Shown: piece after piece, positions 1-9,794 of the stretch | Layout of the letters: each line of letters starts with the position of its first letter | Position numbering within the stretch: the stretch's first letter is position 1 | Source: an uncultured delta proteobacterium | GTDB lineage: Bacteria; Desulfobacterota; Desulfuromonadia; Desulfuromonadales; BM103 | Assembly: GCA_963715335.1 (NCBI GenBank) | Contig: CAVQRZ010000001.1 | Location: 160,001-224,000, forward strand | Length of the DNA: 64,000 bases | Reading direction: 5' to 3' | Notes under the pieces: model-generated | What the model was told of the DNA's origin: nothing | Databases searched by the model: none | The model's input: only the letters and a program-made list of their open reading frames with translations | Position numbers and translations under genes: made by a program

Positions 1-1
1 G

Positions 2-928
2 GTCGGCAATGCTGCCCATGGTGCGGCCATACGGGCCAACCAGGAGCGCATCCCGCTGCTGACCATGTCCCAGCGTGAAGGGCTGGCGGCCTCGAGCCTC
101 TACGTATTCCGCAATTCTCTGACCGCGAGACTGCAGGTCCGGGCCCTGGTTGACTACGCCATGGAAGAGCGTGGTTTTTCCACTTTTGGCATCATGAGTC
201 CGCAGACCCGCCAGGGAGAAAATTTCGCCGAGCTTTTCCGGGACGAAGTCTGGCGCCGTGGCGGCGAGATCATCGCTGAGCAGAGCTACCAGACAGACCA
301 GACCGACTTCCGCTATCAGGTCCGCATGCTGCAGGGGCTGGACCCCGACGCGCCTGACAAGGAGGAGTCCCCCGTCGATTCGGAGGCTTCCGGAGCTGAC
401 GGTAAAGAGGAGAAAACACCCCCTCCCTTCGAAGCTTTGTTCGTCCCGGATTACTCCGACCGGATCAGCCTGATTGCACCCCAGATTGCCTTCTATGGTC
501 TGGAAGAGATTCAATTACTCGGCACCAACGGCTGGAACGACGCCGAACTGCCGCGCCTGGCGCGCCAGTTTGTCGAAGGCGCCGTGTTCACTGACAGCTT
601 CTTTTTGCACAGCACCTATCCCTTCGTTCAGGAGTTCGTGAAAAACTTCTTCAACCGCTTCGGCGAAGAGCCGACCATTCTCGAAGCCCAGGGCTACGAC
701 ATTGCCGGGATCGTGTTGACCCTCCTCAACGACCCCGAAATCCGCAGTCGCGAAGATCTGCGTCGCGCCCTGTCACAACTGCAGACCTTCCCCGGGGTGA
801 CCGGCGCCACGCGCTTCGACCTCATCGGCGAAGCTGACAAGACCCTCTTTCTGCTTCAGATCCAGAATGGTGCGATCGTTCAAATCAACCAAGGGGCCAC
901 CGCACCGGGTAAACCGGCTCTTCAATAG
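2..928 (+). CDS. Penicillin-binding protein activator (LpoA-like) / periplasmic binding protein type 1, 5'-truncated by the window edge
   Basis: The frame is open from base 2. Motifs 'FEALFVPD', 'QLLGTNGWN', 'EAQGYD' and 'FPGVTGATRFD' fit LppC/LpoA-type C-terminal PBP1 domains. Confidence 0.7.
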   Translation, partial: VGNAAHGAAIRANQERIPLLTMSQREGLAASSLYVFRNSLTARLQVRALVDYAMEERGFSTFGIMSPQTRQGENFAELFRDEVWRRGGEIIAEQSYQTDQTDFRYQVRMLQGLDPDAPDKEESPVDSEASGADGKEEKTPPPFEALFVPDYSDRISLIAPQIAFYGLEEIQLLGTNGWNDAELPRLARQFVEGAVFTDSFFLHSTYPFVQEFVKNFFNRFGEEPTILEAQGYDIAGIVLTLLNDPEIRSREDLRRALSQLQTFPGVTGATRFDLIGEADKTLFLLQIQNGAIVQINQGATAPGKPALQ

Positions 929-1050
929 CATTGGACTCGCGCCCGGAGGATCATACTTCCGAGGCGCCTGGCCTACTCTATTTCGACACGCAGACACTGA
1001 GAAAAAGCCTTTACAGTCAAACGTTCTTTGGTGTATTTTGCCTGTTCTGC

Positions 1051-1138
<88 letters not shown>

Positions 1139-1299
1139 GGTTAACTTACTTGTAACGCTCCCAAGGGATTCGAAGCGGAGCGAACGCTGCCAGTGACAGA
1201 AGAGTGAACCGAGAGGTTCGCGGCAGTGAGCGTAGGGGAGCCTACGCAGGAGCCAACGAGAGTTGGCGAGGTAGTGGGCGAATCCCTCCCTCTCCGCCA
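1139..1299 (+). repeat. tRNA-linked structured repeat ending in a 21-bp copy of the tRNA-Ser 3' end
   Basis: CGAATCCCTCCCTCTCCGCCA occurs at 1118-1138 and 1279-1299. AGGGATTCGAA (1164-1174) is antisense to the T-arm. Three tetraloop hairpins lie inside. Confidence 0.8.
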
Positions 1300-1444
1300 T
1301 TTCTTATCCAACTGATTACAAATCAATGCAAAAAGGCAATCAAGGCTCAGGATTTAAGCTTTTTCACTGGCAAACCTTGATGGTTTTCACTTCTTTGCGT
1401 TAGATGTTTTCAGTTATCCGGCATGGGCATATATTTGCCGTCAG

Positions 1445-1554
1445 AAGTGACAGCCGGGTCCCGCGCAACGGACGGCCGTGAACTCCGTCAGACCCGGAAG
1501 GGAGCAGCGGCAGCGGCCTCAGCCGTGTGCCGCGGGAGTGCCTGGCTGTCACTT
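1445..1554 (+). ncRNA. ffs: SRP RNA (4.5S RNA)
   Basis: Long hairpin AAGTGACAGCC...GGCTGTCACTT with the helix-8-like motif TCAGACCCGGAAGGGAGCAGC, in the usual position upstream of dnaX. Confidence 0.93.
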
Positions 1555-1605
1555 GTGCCGGCAAGTCGCCGGTTGCGGTTTTCCTGTCATCCGAACTGAG
1601 AGACC

Positions 1606-3264
1606 ATGGCCTATCTGGTACTCGCCCGCAAGTGGCGTCCACAGAACTTCGCCGACCTGATCGGCCAGGAGCATGTCAGCCAGACCCTGGCGAATGCCAT
1701 CCGCTCAGGCCGGATTCACCACGCCTTCCTCTTCACCGGCGCCCGCGGCGTCGGCAAAACCTCGGCAGCACGGATTCTGGCCAAGGCCCTGAACTGCGAA
1801 GAGGGTCTTACCGACCAGCCCTGCGGCACATGTTCCTCCTGTACGGAAATCACTGCGGGGCAGGGGATGGATGTCATCGAAATTGACGGTGCTTCAAACA
1901 CCGGGGTCGACGATGTCCGCGAACTGCGTGAAAATATCCGCTACCTGCCGAGCCGATCACGATTCAAGATCTTCATCATCGATGAAGTACACATGCTCTC
2001 GACCAACGCATTCAATGCCCTGCTGAAAACTCTCGAGGAGCCCCCGGAGCACGCCAAGTTCATCTTTGCCACCACGGAGCCGCACAAGATTCCGATCACA
2101 ATCCTGTCGCGCTGCCAGCGTTTCGATTTTCGCAAGATTCCTTTAAACAAGGTAGCGGAACGGCTGCGCGAGATATCCTCTGCCGAGAAGTTGACTATCT
2201 CGGATCGCAGCCTCGGCCTGATCGCCCGCCAGGGTGAAGGCAGCATGCGGGACGCCCTCTCCACCTTCGACCAGGTCCTGGCATTCTCCGGAGACCAGGT
2301 CGAAGACGAAGCGGTTCAGACCTTGCTCGGCATGGTGGACCGGCGCCTGCTGCTCGACACGGTCGAAGCGGTTCTGCAACGTGACAGCCGCCGGGCTCTC
2401 GAATCGGTCCATCGCGTTGACCAGCTCGGTTTGGCCCTGCGACGTTTCACCCAGGACCTGCTCGAAATGTTTCGTGGTATGGTCATCTGCAAGGTCGTTG
2501 ACGAGCCTGCCGAGCTGCTCGACATGGTCGGTGACGAACTGAGAGAGCTCAAGGTCCTCGCCGAAGAAGCGTCCTTAGAAGACCTGCAGCGGATCGTTAC
2601 CCTGCTCATGAAAACCCAGGTGGAGCTGGTCAACAGCAGCAGCCCGCTATTGGTCCTGGAGATGAGCCTGATACGACTGGCCACGCTCGCACCTACCCAG
2701 GATCTGGGCAGACTGATCCGTCACATAGAAAGCCTTGAACGACGACTGGCTTCAGCTCCCCTGCCCGCGTCCCGACCTCAGACCACACCGCAAGCCCCTG
2801 CAGCGGAGCCTCCACCGCCAAAAAAGCCTGAAGCTCCCGCCGCCGCATCAACCGACAACAAGGGGTGGCAGGGGCTGGTAGACAAGGTCAAACAAAGCCG
2901 GCCGATGCTCGGCTCGGTACTGGAACATGGCCGCCCGCTGAAACTGGAACCTCCGATGCTGGAAGTCGGCTACCCGAAAGGGTCTTTCATGACCGGTCAG
3001 CTCCAGGAAGATGATATCCGGCACGACCTCGAGGTCCTGGCAACGGAGTACTTCGGCACAACCATCAAGCTCAAGGTGTCCACGGTTGACACCAAGGTGA
3101 AGGACGCGCCCAAGTCGCTGCTGGAAACCCGCCAGGAGGAAGAGACCGACCGTATGCGCCGCCTGCGCGAAGACGCCATGGAGCACCCGGCCCTGAAAGC
3201 GGTGCAGGAGGTCTTCCACGGCAAGATCAAGAAAGTCATCCCGATCGACAAGGGATTTGTTTAA
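1606..3264 (+). CDS. dnaX: DNA polymerase III subunits tau/gamma
   Basis: 'LARKWRPQNF', Walker A 'GARGVGKTS', Zn motif 'CGTCSSC', 'IIDEVHMLS' and 'SRCQRF'. Confidence 0.97.
   Translation: MAYLVLARKWRPQNFADLIGQEHVSQTLANAIRSGRIHHAFLFTGARGVGKTSAARILAKALNCEEGLTDQPCGTCSSCTEITAGQGMDVIEIDGASNTGVDDVRELRENIRYLPSRSRFKIFIIDEVHMLSTNAFNALLKTLEEPPEHAKFIFATTEPHKIPITILSRCQRFDFRKIPLNKVAERLREISSAEKLTISDRSLGLIARQGEGSMRDALSTFDQVLAFSGDQVEDEAVQTLLGMVDRRLLLDTVEAVLQRDSRRALESVHRVDQLGLALRRFTQDLLEMFRGMVICKVVDEPAELLDMVGDELRELKVLAEEASLEDLQRIVTLLMKTQVELVNSSSPLLVLEMSLIRLATLAPTQDLGRLIRHIESLERRLASAPLPASRPQTTPQAPAAEPPPPKKPEAPAAASTDNKGWQGLVDKVKQSRPMLGSVLEHGRPLKLEPPMLEVGYPKGSFMTGQLQEDDIRHDLEVLATEYFGTTIKLKVSTVDTKVKDAPKSLLETRQEEETDRMRRLREDAMEHPALKAVQEVFHGKIKKVIPIDKGFV
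2803..2876 (+). other. Programmed -1 ribosomal frameshift cassette in dnaX
   Basis: In-frame A-AAA-AAG (2820-2826), -1-frame TGA at 2829-2831, upstream SD-like GCGGAG and downstream stem 2832-2844/2864-2876. Confidence 0.75.
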
Positions 3265-3274
3265 AATCAGGTAA

Positions 3275-3399
3275 CGAGAGGCGCGAGACGCGTAGCGCGA
3301 AAAGGCATGTACAATAAAAGCGTTTGCCACGAAGTCACGAAGCCACCAGGAAAAATTTCGCAAAAACAGATTCTCTTGGTGCCTTAGAGCCTTGGTGGC
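3275..3399. repeat. Degenerate heptamer run plus an octamer-periodic inverted repeat
   Basis: cgagagg/cgcgaga/cgcgtag/cgcgaaa has period 7. gccacgaag-tcacgaag-ccaccagg (3326-3350) pairs with cttggtgc-cttagagc-cttggtggc (3375-3399). Confidence 0.65.
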
Positions 3400-3437
3400 G
3401 AGATTCCCAAAGATTTTTACTGCAAGGAGCAATACTT

Positions 3438-3755
3438 ATGACACGAGGTGGAATTGGCAATATCATGAAGCAGGCGCAGCAGATGCAACGCCGCATGGCC
3501 GAGTTGCAGGAGGAACTCGAGAAGAAGCAGGTCGTGGCCTCGGCCGGCGGCGGGATGGTCACAGCGGTCGTGAGCGGCAAGCAGCAACTTCTCGAGCTGA
3601 AGATCGACCCGGCAGCCGTTGACCCCGGAGATGTGGAGATGCTGCAGGACCTGGTCACCGCAGCAGTCAATGAAGCGATCAAGCAGAGCCAGCAGATGGC
3701 CCAGGAAGAGATGGGTAAAATCACCGGCGGCATGAACATCCCCGGGCTCTTCTGA
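3438..3755 (+). CDS. ybaB: YbaB/EbfC nucleoid-associated protein
   Basis: 'MKQAQQMQ', 'ASAGGGMV' and 'DVEMLQDLVTAAVNEA'. SD AAGGAG precedes ATG 3438. Lies between dnaX and recR. Confidence 0.93.
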   Translation: MTRGGIGNIMKQAQQMQRRMAELQEELEKKQVVASAGGGMVTAVVSGKQQLLELKIDPAAVDPGDVEMLQDLVTAAVNEAIKQSQQMAQEEMGKITGGMNIPGLF

Positions 3756-3990
3756 CGGCGGATTGTCGCCACAATGGGAGAAAATTCGTCAAAATTTAAA
3801 AAATGCACATCAGAGTTTATTGCAATTTAACCGATATAGAGCTTGCAATCAGTTATTTTTTTAAGCTAAGATAAATTTTTTTATCGAAAATAAAAAAATA
3901 TCCGGGGGTTTTTTCAGTGATACGAAAAAAATTTGGCCCCCTTAAAATATCTCTGGAATCTCATAAACTGTTGAATTTCTGAAATAAATT

Positions 3991-4590
3991 ATGTTAGACT
4001 CCATCCCGTCTTTCGCAAGACTGGTGGCAGAATTGGCCAAGTTTCCGGGTGTCGGCAACAAGACGGCGACCCGGCTGGCCTTTTTCTTGCTCCGCCAACC
4101 CAGGGCCCAGGGCGAAGCCCTGGCGACGGCAATCCTTGACCTGCAGAACAACACCAGGTTCTGCTCCGTCTGTTTTCACATCACGGAACAGGATCCCTGT
4201 CCCCTCTGCTGTGACCCGGGACGGGATGAAGCGCTGCTCTGCGTTGTCGAAGAACCCCAGGCCCTGCTGGCCATCGAACGCAGCCGATCCTTCAAGGGCC
4301 ACTACCATGTTTTACACGGAGCCCTGTCGCCACTGGACGGCATCGGCCCTGAAGACCTCAAGATAGACCCCCTGATCGAACGCCTTGAGAAAGGTGCCGT
4401 TCAGGAAGTTCTCATAGCGACAAACTTCACTGTCGAGGGAGATGCCACGGCGCTTTACCTGGCGAAGCTGATCCAGCCACGCGGGATTAGGGTGACGCGC
4501 CTGGCTTACGGCATCCCGATGGGCAGTGAACTCGAGTACGTCGATGAAGCGACTGTGAACCGCGCCGTCGAAGGACGACGGGATATCTGA
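3991..4590 (+). CDS. recR: Recombination mediator RecR
   Basis: HhH 'FPGVGNKTATRLAF', C4 zinc finger 'CSVC...CPLC', TOPRIM 'YHVLHGALSPLDGIGPEDL' and 'TRLAYGIPMG'. Confidence 0.96.
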   Translation: MLDSIPSFARLVAELAKFPGVGNKTATRLAFFLLRQPRAQGEALATAILDLQNNTRFCSVCFHITEQDPCPLCCDPGRDEALLCVVEEPQALLAIERSRSFKGHYHVLHGALSPLDGIGPEDLKIDPLIERLEKGAVQEVLIATNFTVEGDATALYLAKLIQPRGIRVTRLAYGIPMGSELEYVDEATVNRAVEGRRDI

Positions 4591-4669
4591 ACCGCCGTTC
4601 GACAGCCTTCATCCAATATCATCAAAAACTGATCCACCGATATTTACATTCCAGCAAGGAGGAAGTCTG

Positions 4670-7600
4670 ATGTCCAAGAAAATGACTTGCATAGACGGCA
4701 ATACCGCTGCGGCGCATGTTGCTCATGCGACCAACGAGGTGATTGCCATCTACCCGATTACGCCCTCTTCAGTGATGGGTGAAGTCTCCGATGCCAAGAG
4801 TGCAGCGGGCGAAAAGAATATCTGGAACACCATTCCCAAGGTCGTCGAGATGCAATCTGAGGGTGGTGCTGCCGGTGCTGTACACGGTGCACTGCAGGCA
4901 GGTTCTCTGTGCACCACCTTTACCGCTTCGCAAGGTCTGCTGCTGATGATCCCGAACATGTTCAAGATCGCCGGCGAGCTGACCCCCACGGTCTTCCATG
5001 TGTCGGCCCGTGCCATCGCGGCCCAGGCGCTGTCGATCTTCGGCGATCACTCGGACGTCATGTCCTGCCGTTCCACCGGCTGGGCCTTCCTCAGTTCCAA
5101 CAATGTTCAGGAAGTCATGGACTTTGCGCTGATCGCCCAGGCGGCGACTCTTGAATCGCGGGTTCCCTTCCTGCATTACTTCGATGGCTTCCGGACTTCG
5201 AGTGAAGTACAGAAGGTTCATGAGCTCTCCGAGAACGATATGCGTCACATGGTCAGTGACGAACTGGTACGGGCTCACCGCGCCCGCGCCATGTCCCCTG
5301 ATCACCCGGTGCTGCGCGGTACCGCTCAGAACCCGGATGTCTACTTCCAGGGTCGTGAAACGGTCAACGTCTTCTATGACAAGCTTCCGGGCATCCTACA
5401 GAAACAGTTCGACAAGTTCGCCAAGCTGACCGGCCGCCAGTACAACCTGTTCGACTACGTCGGTCACCCCAAAGCCGAGCGCGTCGTGGTGATGATGGGG
5501 TCGGCCTGCGACACCATGCACGAGCTTGTCGAGCACCTGGTCTCCCAGGGCGAAAAGGTCGGCCTGATCAAGGTCCGCTTCTTCCTGCCTTTCAACGTTG
5601 AGGCATTCGCCGAGATTTTGCCAAACACGGTCCGCAAGATCGCAGTCCTCGACCGCACCAAGGAGCCTGGCTCCATGGGTGAGCCGCTCTACCACAATGT
5701 CCGCACCGCTTTCGGTGAGGCAATGGCCGATGGTCTGATCTCTTTCCCGGGCTACCCGTCGATCGTCGGCGGCCGCTATGGTCTTGGCTCATACGAGTTC
5801 AGCCCCGGCATGGCCAAGGCGGTATTCGACAACCTGTCGAAAGACAAGCCGATGAACCATTACGTGATTGGCATCAAGGACGACGTCACCGGCCGCAGCC
5901 TCGATTTCGACGCGGACTATATTGTCCCCTTCGACGGTTACTCGGCGATGTTCTATGGGCTCGGGTCCGACGGTACGGTTGGGGCCAACAAGAACTCGAT
6001 CAAGATTATCGGTGACAGCACCGACAACGAAGTCCAGGCTTACTTCGTTTACGATTCCAAAAAGGCCGGCAGCATGACCACATCTCACCTGCGCTTCGGC
6101 AAGCAGCCGATCCGCAAACCCTATCTGGTCAAGAGTGCCGACTTCGTCGCCTGTCACAACTTCTCCTTCCTCGAGAAGTACGACATGCTCAAAAATGCCA
6201 AGAAAGGCGCGACATTTTTGCTCAACAGTCCCTACGGCAAAGATGAGGCTTGGGCGCAACTACCGAAGAAAGTCCAGCAGACCATCATCGACAAGCAGCT
6301 CAAGTTCTTCGTCATTGATGGTGTGAAACTGGGTAACGAGCTCGGCCTCGGACCCCGTATCAATGTCATCATGCAGACAGCATTCTTCAAGATCTCGAAC
6401 ATCATCCCGCTCGATCAGGCGGTCCGCGAGATCAAGGATGCAATCGTCAAATCCTACAGCAAGGCCGGCGAAAAAGTCGTCCGCATGAACAACAAGGCCG
6501 TTGACGCCGCCCTGGAGAACATCCAGGAAGTTGCTGTACCGGCCACAGCCGACAGCCGCATCGAGATGACCATCGGTCAGTGGGCCGGTACTCCTGCGAC
6601 AGTGCAGAAGACTCTCGGCCCGATCATCGACGGCCTCGGCGAGCACCTGCCGATCTCTGCCATGCCGGCCGACGGCACCTTCCCGACCGCAACTGCCATG
6701 TACGAGAAACGCAACATCGCCATTGAAACACCGGTTTGGGACGAGGCTCTCTGTATCCAGTGCGGCATCTGTTCCTTTGTCTGCCCCCACGCTTCGATCC
6801 GCATGAAGATTTATGATGAGAAAGAGCTGGCCGGTGCGCCGGGAACCTTCAAGTCCTGCGCTGCCCGCGGCAAGGAGATGGATGGCAGAAAATTCACGCT
6901 ACAGGTTGCAGTAGAAGACTGCACCGGCTGCGGCGCCTGCGTTTACAACTGCCCGGCCAAGAGCAAGGAGAACGAAAACCACAAGGCGATCAACATGATG
7001 CCCCAGCCTCCGTTGCGTGAAACCGAACGTGCCAACTTCAACTTCTTCCTCGGCCTGCCAGAAACCGACCCGGCCCTGTTCAACAGTGCCACGGTCAAGG
7101 GCAGCCAGCTGCTCCCGCCGATGTTTGAATTCTCAGGCGCCTGTGCCGGTTGTGGCGAGACCCCGTTCGTCAAGCTCTGCTCGCAACTGTTCGGTGACCG
7201 TATGCTGGTTGCCAACGCCACCGGTTGCTCCTCGATCTACGGCGGCAACCTGCCGACCACTCCCTGGACCACACGTAAAGACGGGCTTGGCCCGACCTGG
7301 AGCAATTCGCTCTTCGAAGACAACGCCGAGTTCGGTTTCGGCTTCCGTCTTGCGGTCGACAAGACCGCCGAGTATGCCCGTGAACAGCTGGTCAGAAACA
7401 TGGCCTGCGGTTGCGCTGCATGCAAAGGGACAGAAGGACTCAAGCAGGCAATCCTTGATGCCGACCAGTCTTCCCAGGCGCTGATCGAAGAACAACGCGA
7501 TCGCATCAACAAGCTCAAGGCGATCCTTGCCAAATGTACCCATGAAACCGCACCACAGCTCCTCGCTGACGCAGACTACCTGGTCGTCAAGTCAGTCTGG

Positions 7601-8251
7601 ATTCATGGCGGAGACGGCTGGGCATACGACATCGGTTACGGCGGTCTGGACCACGTCCTGGCTTCCGGCGCCAATGTCAACGTTCTGGTCCTCGACACCG
7701 AGGTCTACTCCAACACCGGCGGCCAGGCATCCAAGGCAACCCCGATGGCCGCGGTTGCACAGTTTGCTGCCGGCGGCAAGCCAATGCCGAAGAAGGATCT
7801 GTCGATGATCTCCATGACCTATGGCAACATCTATGTCGCCAGGGTCTCGCTGGCCAACCCGGCCCAGTGCGTCAAGGCGTTCCTCGAGGCGGATGCCTAC
7901 GAGGGCCCGTCCCTGATCATCGCCTACTCGCACTGCATCGCCCACGGCATCAACATGACCACTGCCGTGGACAACTGCAAGCGGGCGGTCAACTCTGGCT
8001 ACTGGCCGCTGTTCCGCTTCGACCCGCGCCTGGCAGCCGAAGGCAAGAACCCGCTGCAGCTCGACAGCAAAGATCCGTCGATCGGTTTTGAGGAATTCGC
8101 CAACAACGAAAACCGCTTCCGCGTACTCAAGAAGAACAATCCAGAGCAGGCGGAACAACTCCTCGCTGCTTCTGCGAAAGATGCCGCAACCCGTTTCGAT
8201 CTCTATAAAAAGCTGGCGGAAATGTCGGCAGACTGCGGGACCAAAGAATAA
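4670..8251 (+). CDS. nifJ: Pyruvate:ferredoxin (flavodoxin) oxidoreductase, single-chain
   Basis: 'YPITPSS', 'MQSEGGAAG', two ferredoxin motifs (CIQCGICSFVCP; CTGCGACVYNCP), 'GACAGCGETP' and TPP motif 'GGDGWAYDIG'. Confidence 0.97.
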   Translation: MSKKMTCIDGNTAAAHVAHATNEVIAIYPITPSSVMGEVSDAKSAAGEKNIWNTIPKVVEMQSEGGAAGAVHGALQAGSLCTTFTASQGLLLMIPNMFKIAGELTPTVFHVSARAIAAQALSIFGDHSDVMSCRSTGWAFLSSNNVQEVMDFALIAQAATLESRVPFLHYFDGFRTSSEVQKVHELSENDMRHMVSDELVRAHRARAMSPDHPVLRGTAQNPDVYFQGRETVNVFYDKLPGILQKQFDKFAKLTGRQYNLFDYVGHPKAERVVVMMGSACDTMHELVEHLVSQGEKVGLIKVRFFLPFNVEAFAEILPNTVRKIAVLDRTKEPGSMGEPLYHNVRTAFGEAMADGLISFPGYPSIVGGRYGLGSYEFSPGMAKAVFDNLSKDKPMNHYVIGIKDDVTGRSLDFDADYIVPFDGYSAMFYGLGSDGTVGANKNSIKIIGDSTDNEVQAYFVYDSKKAGSMTTSHLRFGKQPIRKPYLVKSADFVACHNFSFLEKYDMLKNAKKGATFLLNSPYGKDEAWAQLPKKVQQTIIDKQLKFFVIDGVKLGNELGLGPRINVIMQTAFFKISNIIPLDQAVREIKDAIVKSYSKAGEKVVRMNNKAVDAALENIQEVAVPATADSRIEMTIGQWAGTPATVQKTLGPIIDGLGEHLPISAMPADGTFPTATAMYEKRNIAIETPVWDEALCIQCGICSFVCPHASIRMKIYDEKELAGAPGTFKSCAARGKEMDGRKFTLQVAVEDCTGCGACVYNCPAKSKENENHKAINMMPQPPLRETERANFNFFLGLPETDPALFNSATVKGSQLLPPMFEFSGACAGCGETPFVKLCSQLFGDRMLVANATGCSSIYGGNLPTTPWTTRKDGLGPTWSNSLFEDNAEFGFGFRLAVDKTAEYAREQLVRNMACGCAACKGTEGLKQAILDADQSSQALIEEQRDRINKLKAILAKCTHETAPQLLADADYLVVKSVWIHGGDGWAYDIGYGGLDHVLASGANVNVLVLDTEVYSNTGGQASKATPMAAVAQFAAGGKPMPKKDLSMISMTYGNIYVARVSLANPAQCVKAFLEADAYEGPSLIIAYSHCIAHGINMTTAVDNCKRAVNSGYWPLFRFDPRLAAEGKNPLQLDSKDPSIGFEEFANNENRFRVLKKNNPEQAEQLLAASAKDAATRFDLYKKLAEMSADCGTKE

Positions 8252-8268
8252 GTATCAACCTGTTACGG

Positions 8269-8309
8269 AAAAAGGCTCCCGGCACTCATGCCGGGAGCCT
8301 TTTTCTTTT
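8269..8309. terminator. Intrinsic terminator after PFOR (bidirectional shape)
   Basis: AAAAAGGCTCCCGGCA-ctca-TGCCGGGAGCCTTTTT. Confidence 0.85.
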
Positions 8310-8441
8310 CCCCTGCATCGCTCACGCTGGAGTTGACCGTCACCTTTACATGGCGTAAAACCGGCAAAAAACCTTGATATCTTGCAGGGTGAAATGATAT
8401 AAGGGCTATTGGCGTATTAACCCCCATGAGGAGAATCCAGC

Positions 8442-8942
8442 ATGCTCGGTCCACAGCAATCTTCCTTTGTCATGTACGACGAGGAATTTCAGCGGATCAG
8501 CGCAGTCATCGGCAAGCTGTTGCGCGAGTCCAATGCCAAAGTCATCTTTCTGGTCGACAAGAACGGCCAGTTGATCGCCGGCTGTGGCGAGACGGAACAC
8601 CTTGACACCACCAGCCTGGCGTCTCTTACTGCAGGCAACATCGCGGCAACCGGTGGCCTGGCGAAACTTATCGGGGAGAAGGAATTCTCGATTCTGTTTC
8701 ACGAAGGGGAAAAGGACAACATCCACATTTCAATCGTTGCCCAGCGTGTCATTCTGGTTGTCATCTTCGACCATCGCAGCTCACTCGGACTGGTCAGGCT
8801 ACGGGTAAAGAAAGCCAGCGATGAGCTGGCTATCATCTTCGAAGATCTCGCGGTAAAATCGGCAGAGATGGAAAAGACCGGCAATGCCGACAGTCCGTTT
8901 GCCGAAATCACTGACGACGACATAGACAACCTGTTCAGCTAA
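8442..8942 (+). CDS. mglB: MglB roadblock/LC7 GTPase-activating protein
   Basis: 'LVDKNGQLIA', 'DTTSLASLTAGNIAATGGLAKLIGE' and C-terminal 'SPFAEITDDDIDNLF', as in Myxococcus-type MglB. Confidence 0.93.
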   Translation: MLGPQQSSFVMYDEEFQRISAVIGKLLRESNAKVIFLVDKNGQLIAGCGETEHLDTTSLASLTAGNIAATGGLAKLIGEKEFSILFHEGEKDNIHISIVAQRVILVVIFDHRSSLGLVRLRVKKASDELAIIFEDLAVKSAEMEKTGNADSPFAEITDDDIDNLFS

Positions 8943-8954
8943 GGATACCGGATC

Positions 8955-9551
8955 ATGTCTTTCATCAACTACGCCTCCCGCGAAATCAACTGTAAAATTG
9001 TTTATTACGGTCCGGGGCTGTGCGGCAAGACAACCAACCTGCAATTTGTCTATCAGAAGACCGCTCCCGACGCCAAGGGGAAGATGATTTCTCTTGCCAC
9101 GGAAACCGAGCGGACTCTTTTTTTCGACTTCCTGCCCCTGGCCCTCGGTGAAATCCGCGGCTTCAAAACCCGTTTTCACCTCTACACTGTCCCCGGGCAG
9201 GTTTTTTACGATGCCTCGCGTAAGCTGATTCTGAAAGGCGTAGACGGCGTGGTGTTCGTCGCTGATTCCCAGGAAGAGCGTCTGGACGCCAACATAGAAA
9301 GCCTGGAGAACCTCAAGGTCAACCTGGAAGAGCAGGGATATGAGCTGGAGAAGTTGCCGTTCGTCATCCAGTACAACAAGCAGGATCTGCCGAACTGTAC
9401 GCCGATTGAAGAATTGCGGGAGCTGCTCAACCCGAATGGCGTCCTTGACTTTACGGCCTGCGCGCAAACCGGTGAAGGCGTTTTCGAAACCCTCAAAGCG
9501 GTGGCCAAACTGATTCTGCTCGAGCTGAAAAAAGGTGGCGCTGGAGCTTAG
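8955..9551 (+). CDS. mglA: MglA Ras-like GTPase
   Basis: '[29 protein letters not shown]', 'ERTLFFDF', 'TVPGQ' and 'NKQD'. Confidence 0.96.
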   Translation: MSFINYASREINCKIVYYGPGLCGKTTNLQFVYQKTAPDAKGKMISLATETERTLFFDFLPLALGEIRGFKTRFHLYTVPGQVFYDASRKLILKGVDGVVFVADSQEERLDANIESLENLKVNLEEQGYELEKLPFVIQYNKQDLPNCTPIEELRELLNPNGVLDFTACAQTGEGVFETLKAVAKLILLELKKGGAGA

Positions 9552-9591
9552 TCCCAGAGCGGCAGGCCAGCCATAACTTCGGCATTTTTTC

Positions 9592-9620
9592 TTGACTTAA
9601 TTGGGGCGATTCCGTATATT
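9592..9620 (+). promoter_or_regulatory. sigma70-type promoter of tRNA-Asn
   Basis: TTGACT-N17-TATATT ends 21 nt upstream of the tRNA. Confidence 0.6.
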
Positions 9621-9641
9621 TCCCCTCCGTTACACAACTGA

Positions 9642-9717
9642 TCCCCGATAGCTCAGCTGGTAGAGCAGCGGACTGTTAATCCGCTTGTCGTTGGTTCGAG
9701 TCCAACTCGGGGAGCCA
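9642..9717 (+). tRNA. tRNA-Asn (GTT)
   Basis: TCCCCGA...TCGGGGA-GCCA acceptor stem, D-arm AGCTCAGCTGGTAGAGC, anticodon loop CT-GTT-AA and GGTTCGAGTCC T-loop; 76 nt. Confidence 0.97.
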
Positions 9718-9794
9718 TTCATTTGCAAGGGCCAGCTGAATTGCTGGCCCTTTTTATTTTTTTCTCGGTATAGATCGCCGGATTAAGAGACATC

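Noticed and set aside
3756..3990. Very AT-rich spacer before recR as a replication origin
   Set aside because: I found no DnaA boxes (TTATCCACA) or dnaA/dnaN. It is more likely a promoter region.
8442..9551. mglBA as a novel system in a non-myxobacterium
   Set aside because: MglAB near recR is an established, conserved arrangement in deltaproteobacteria.
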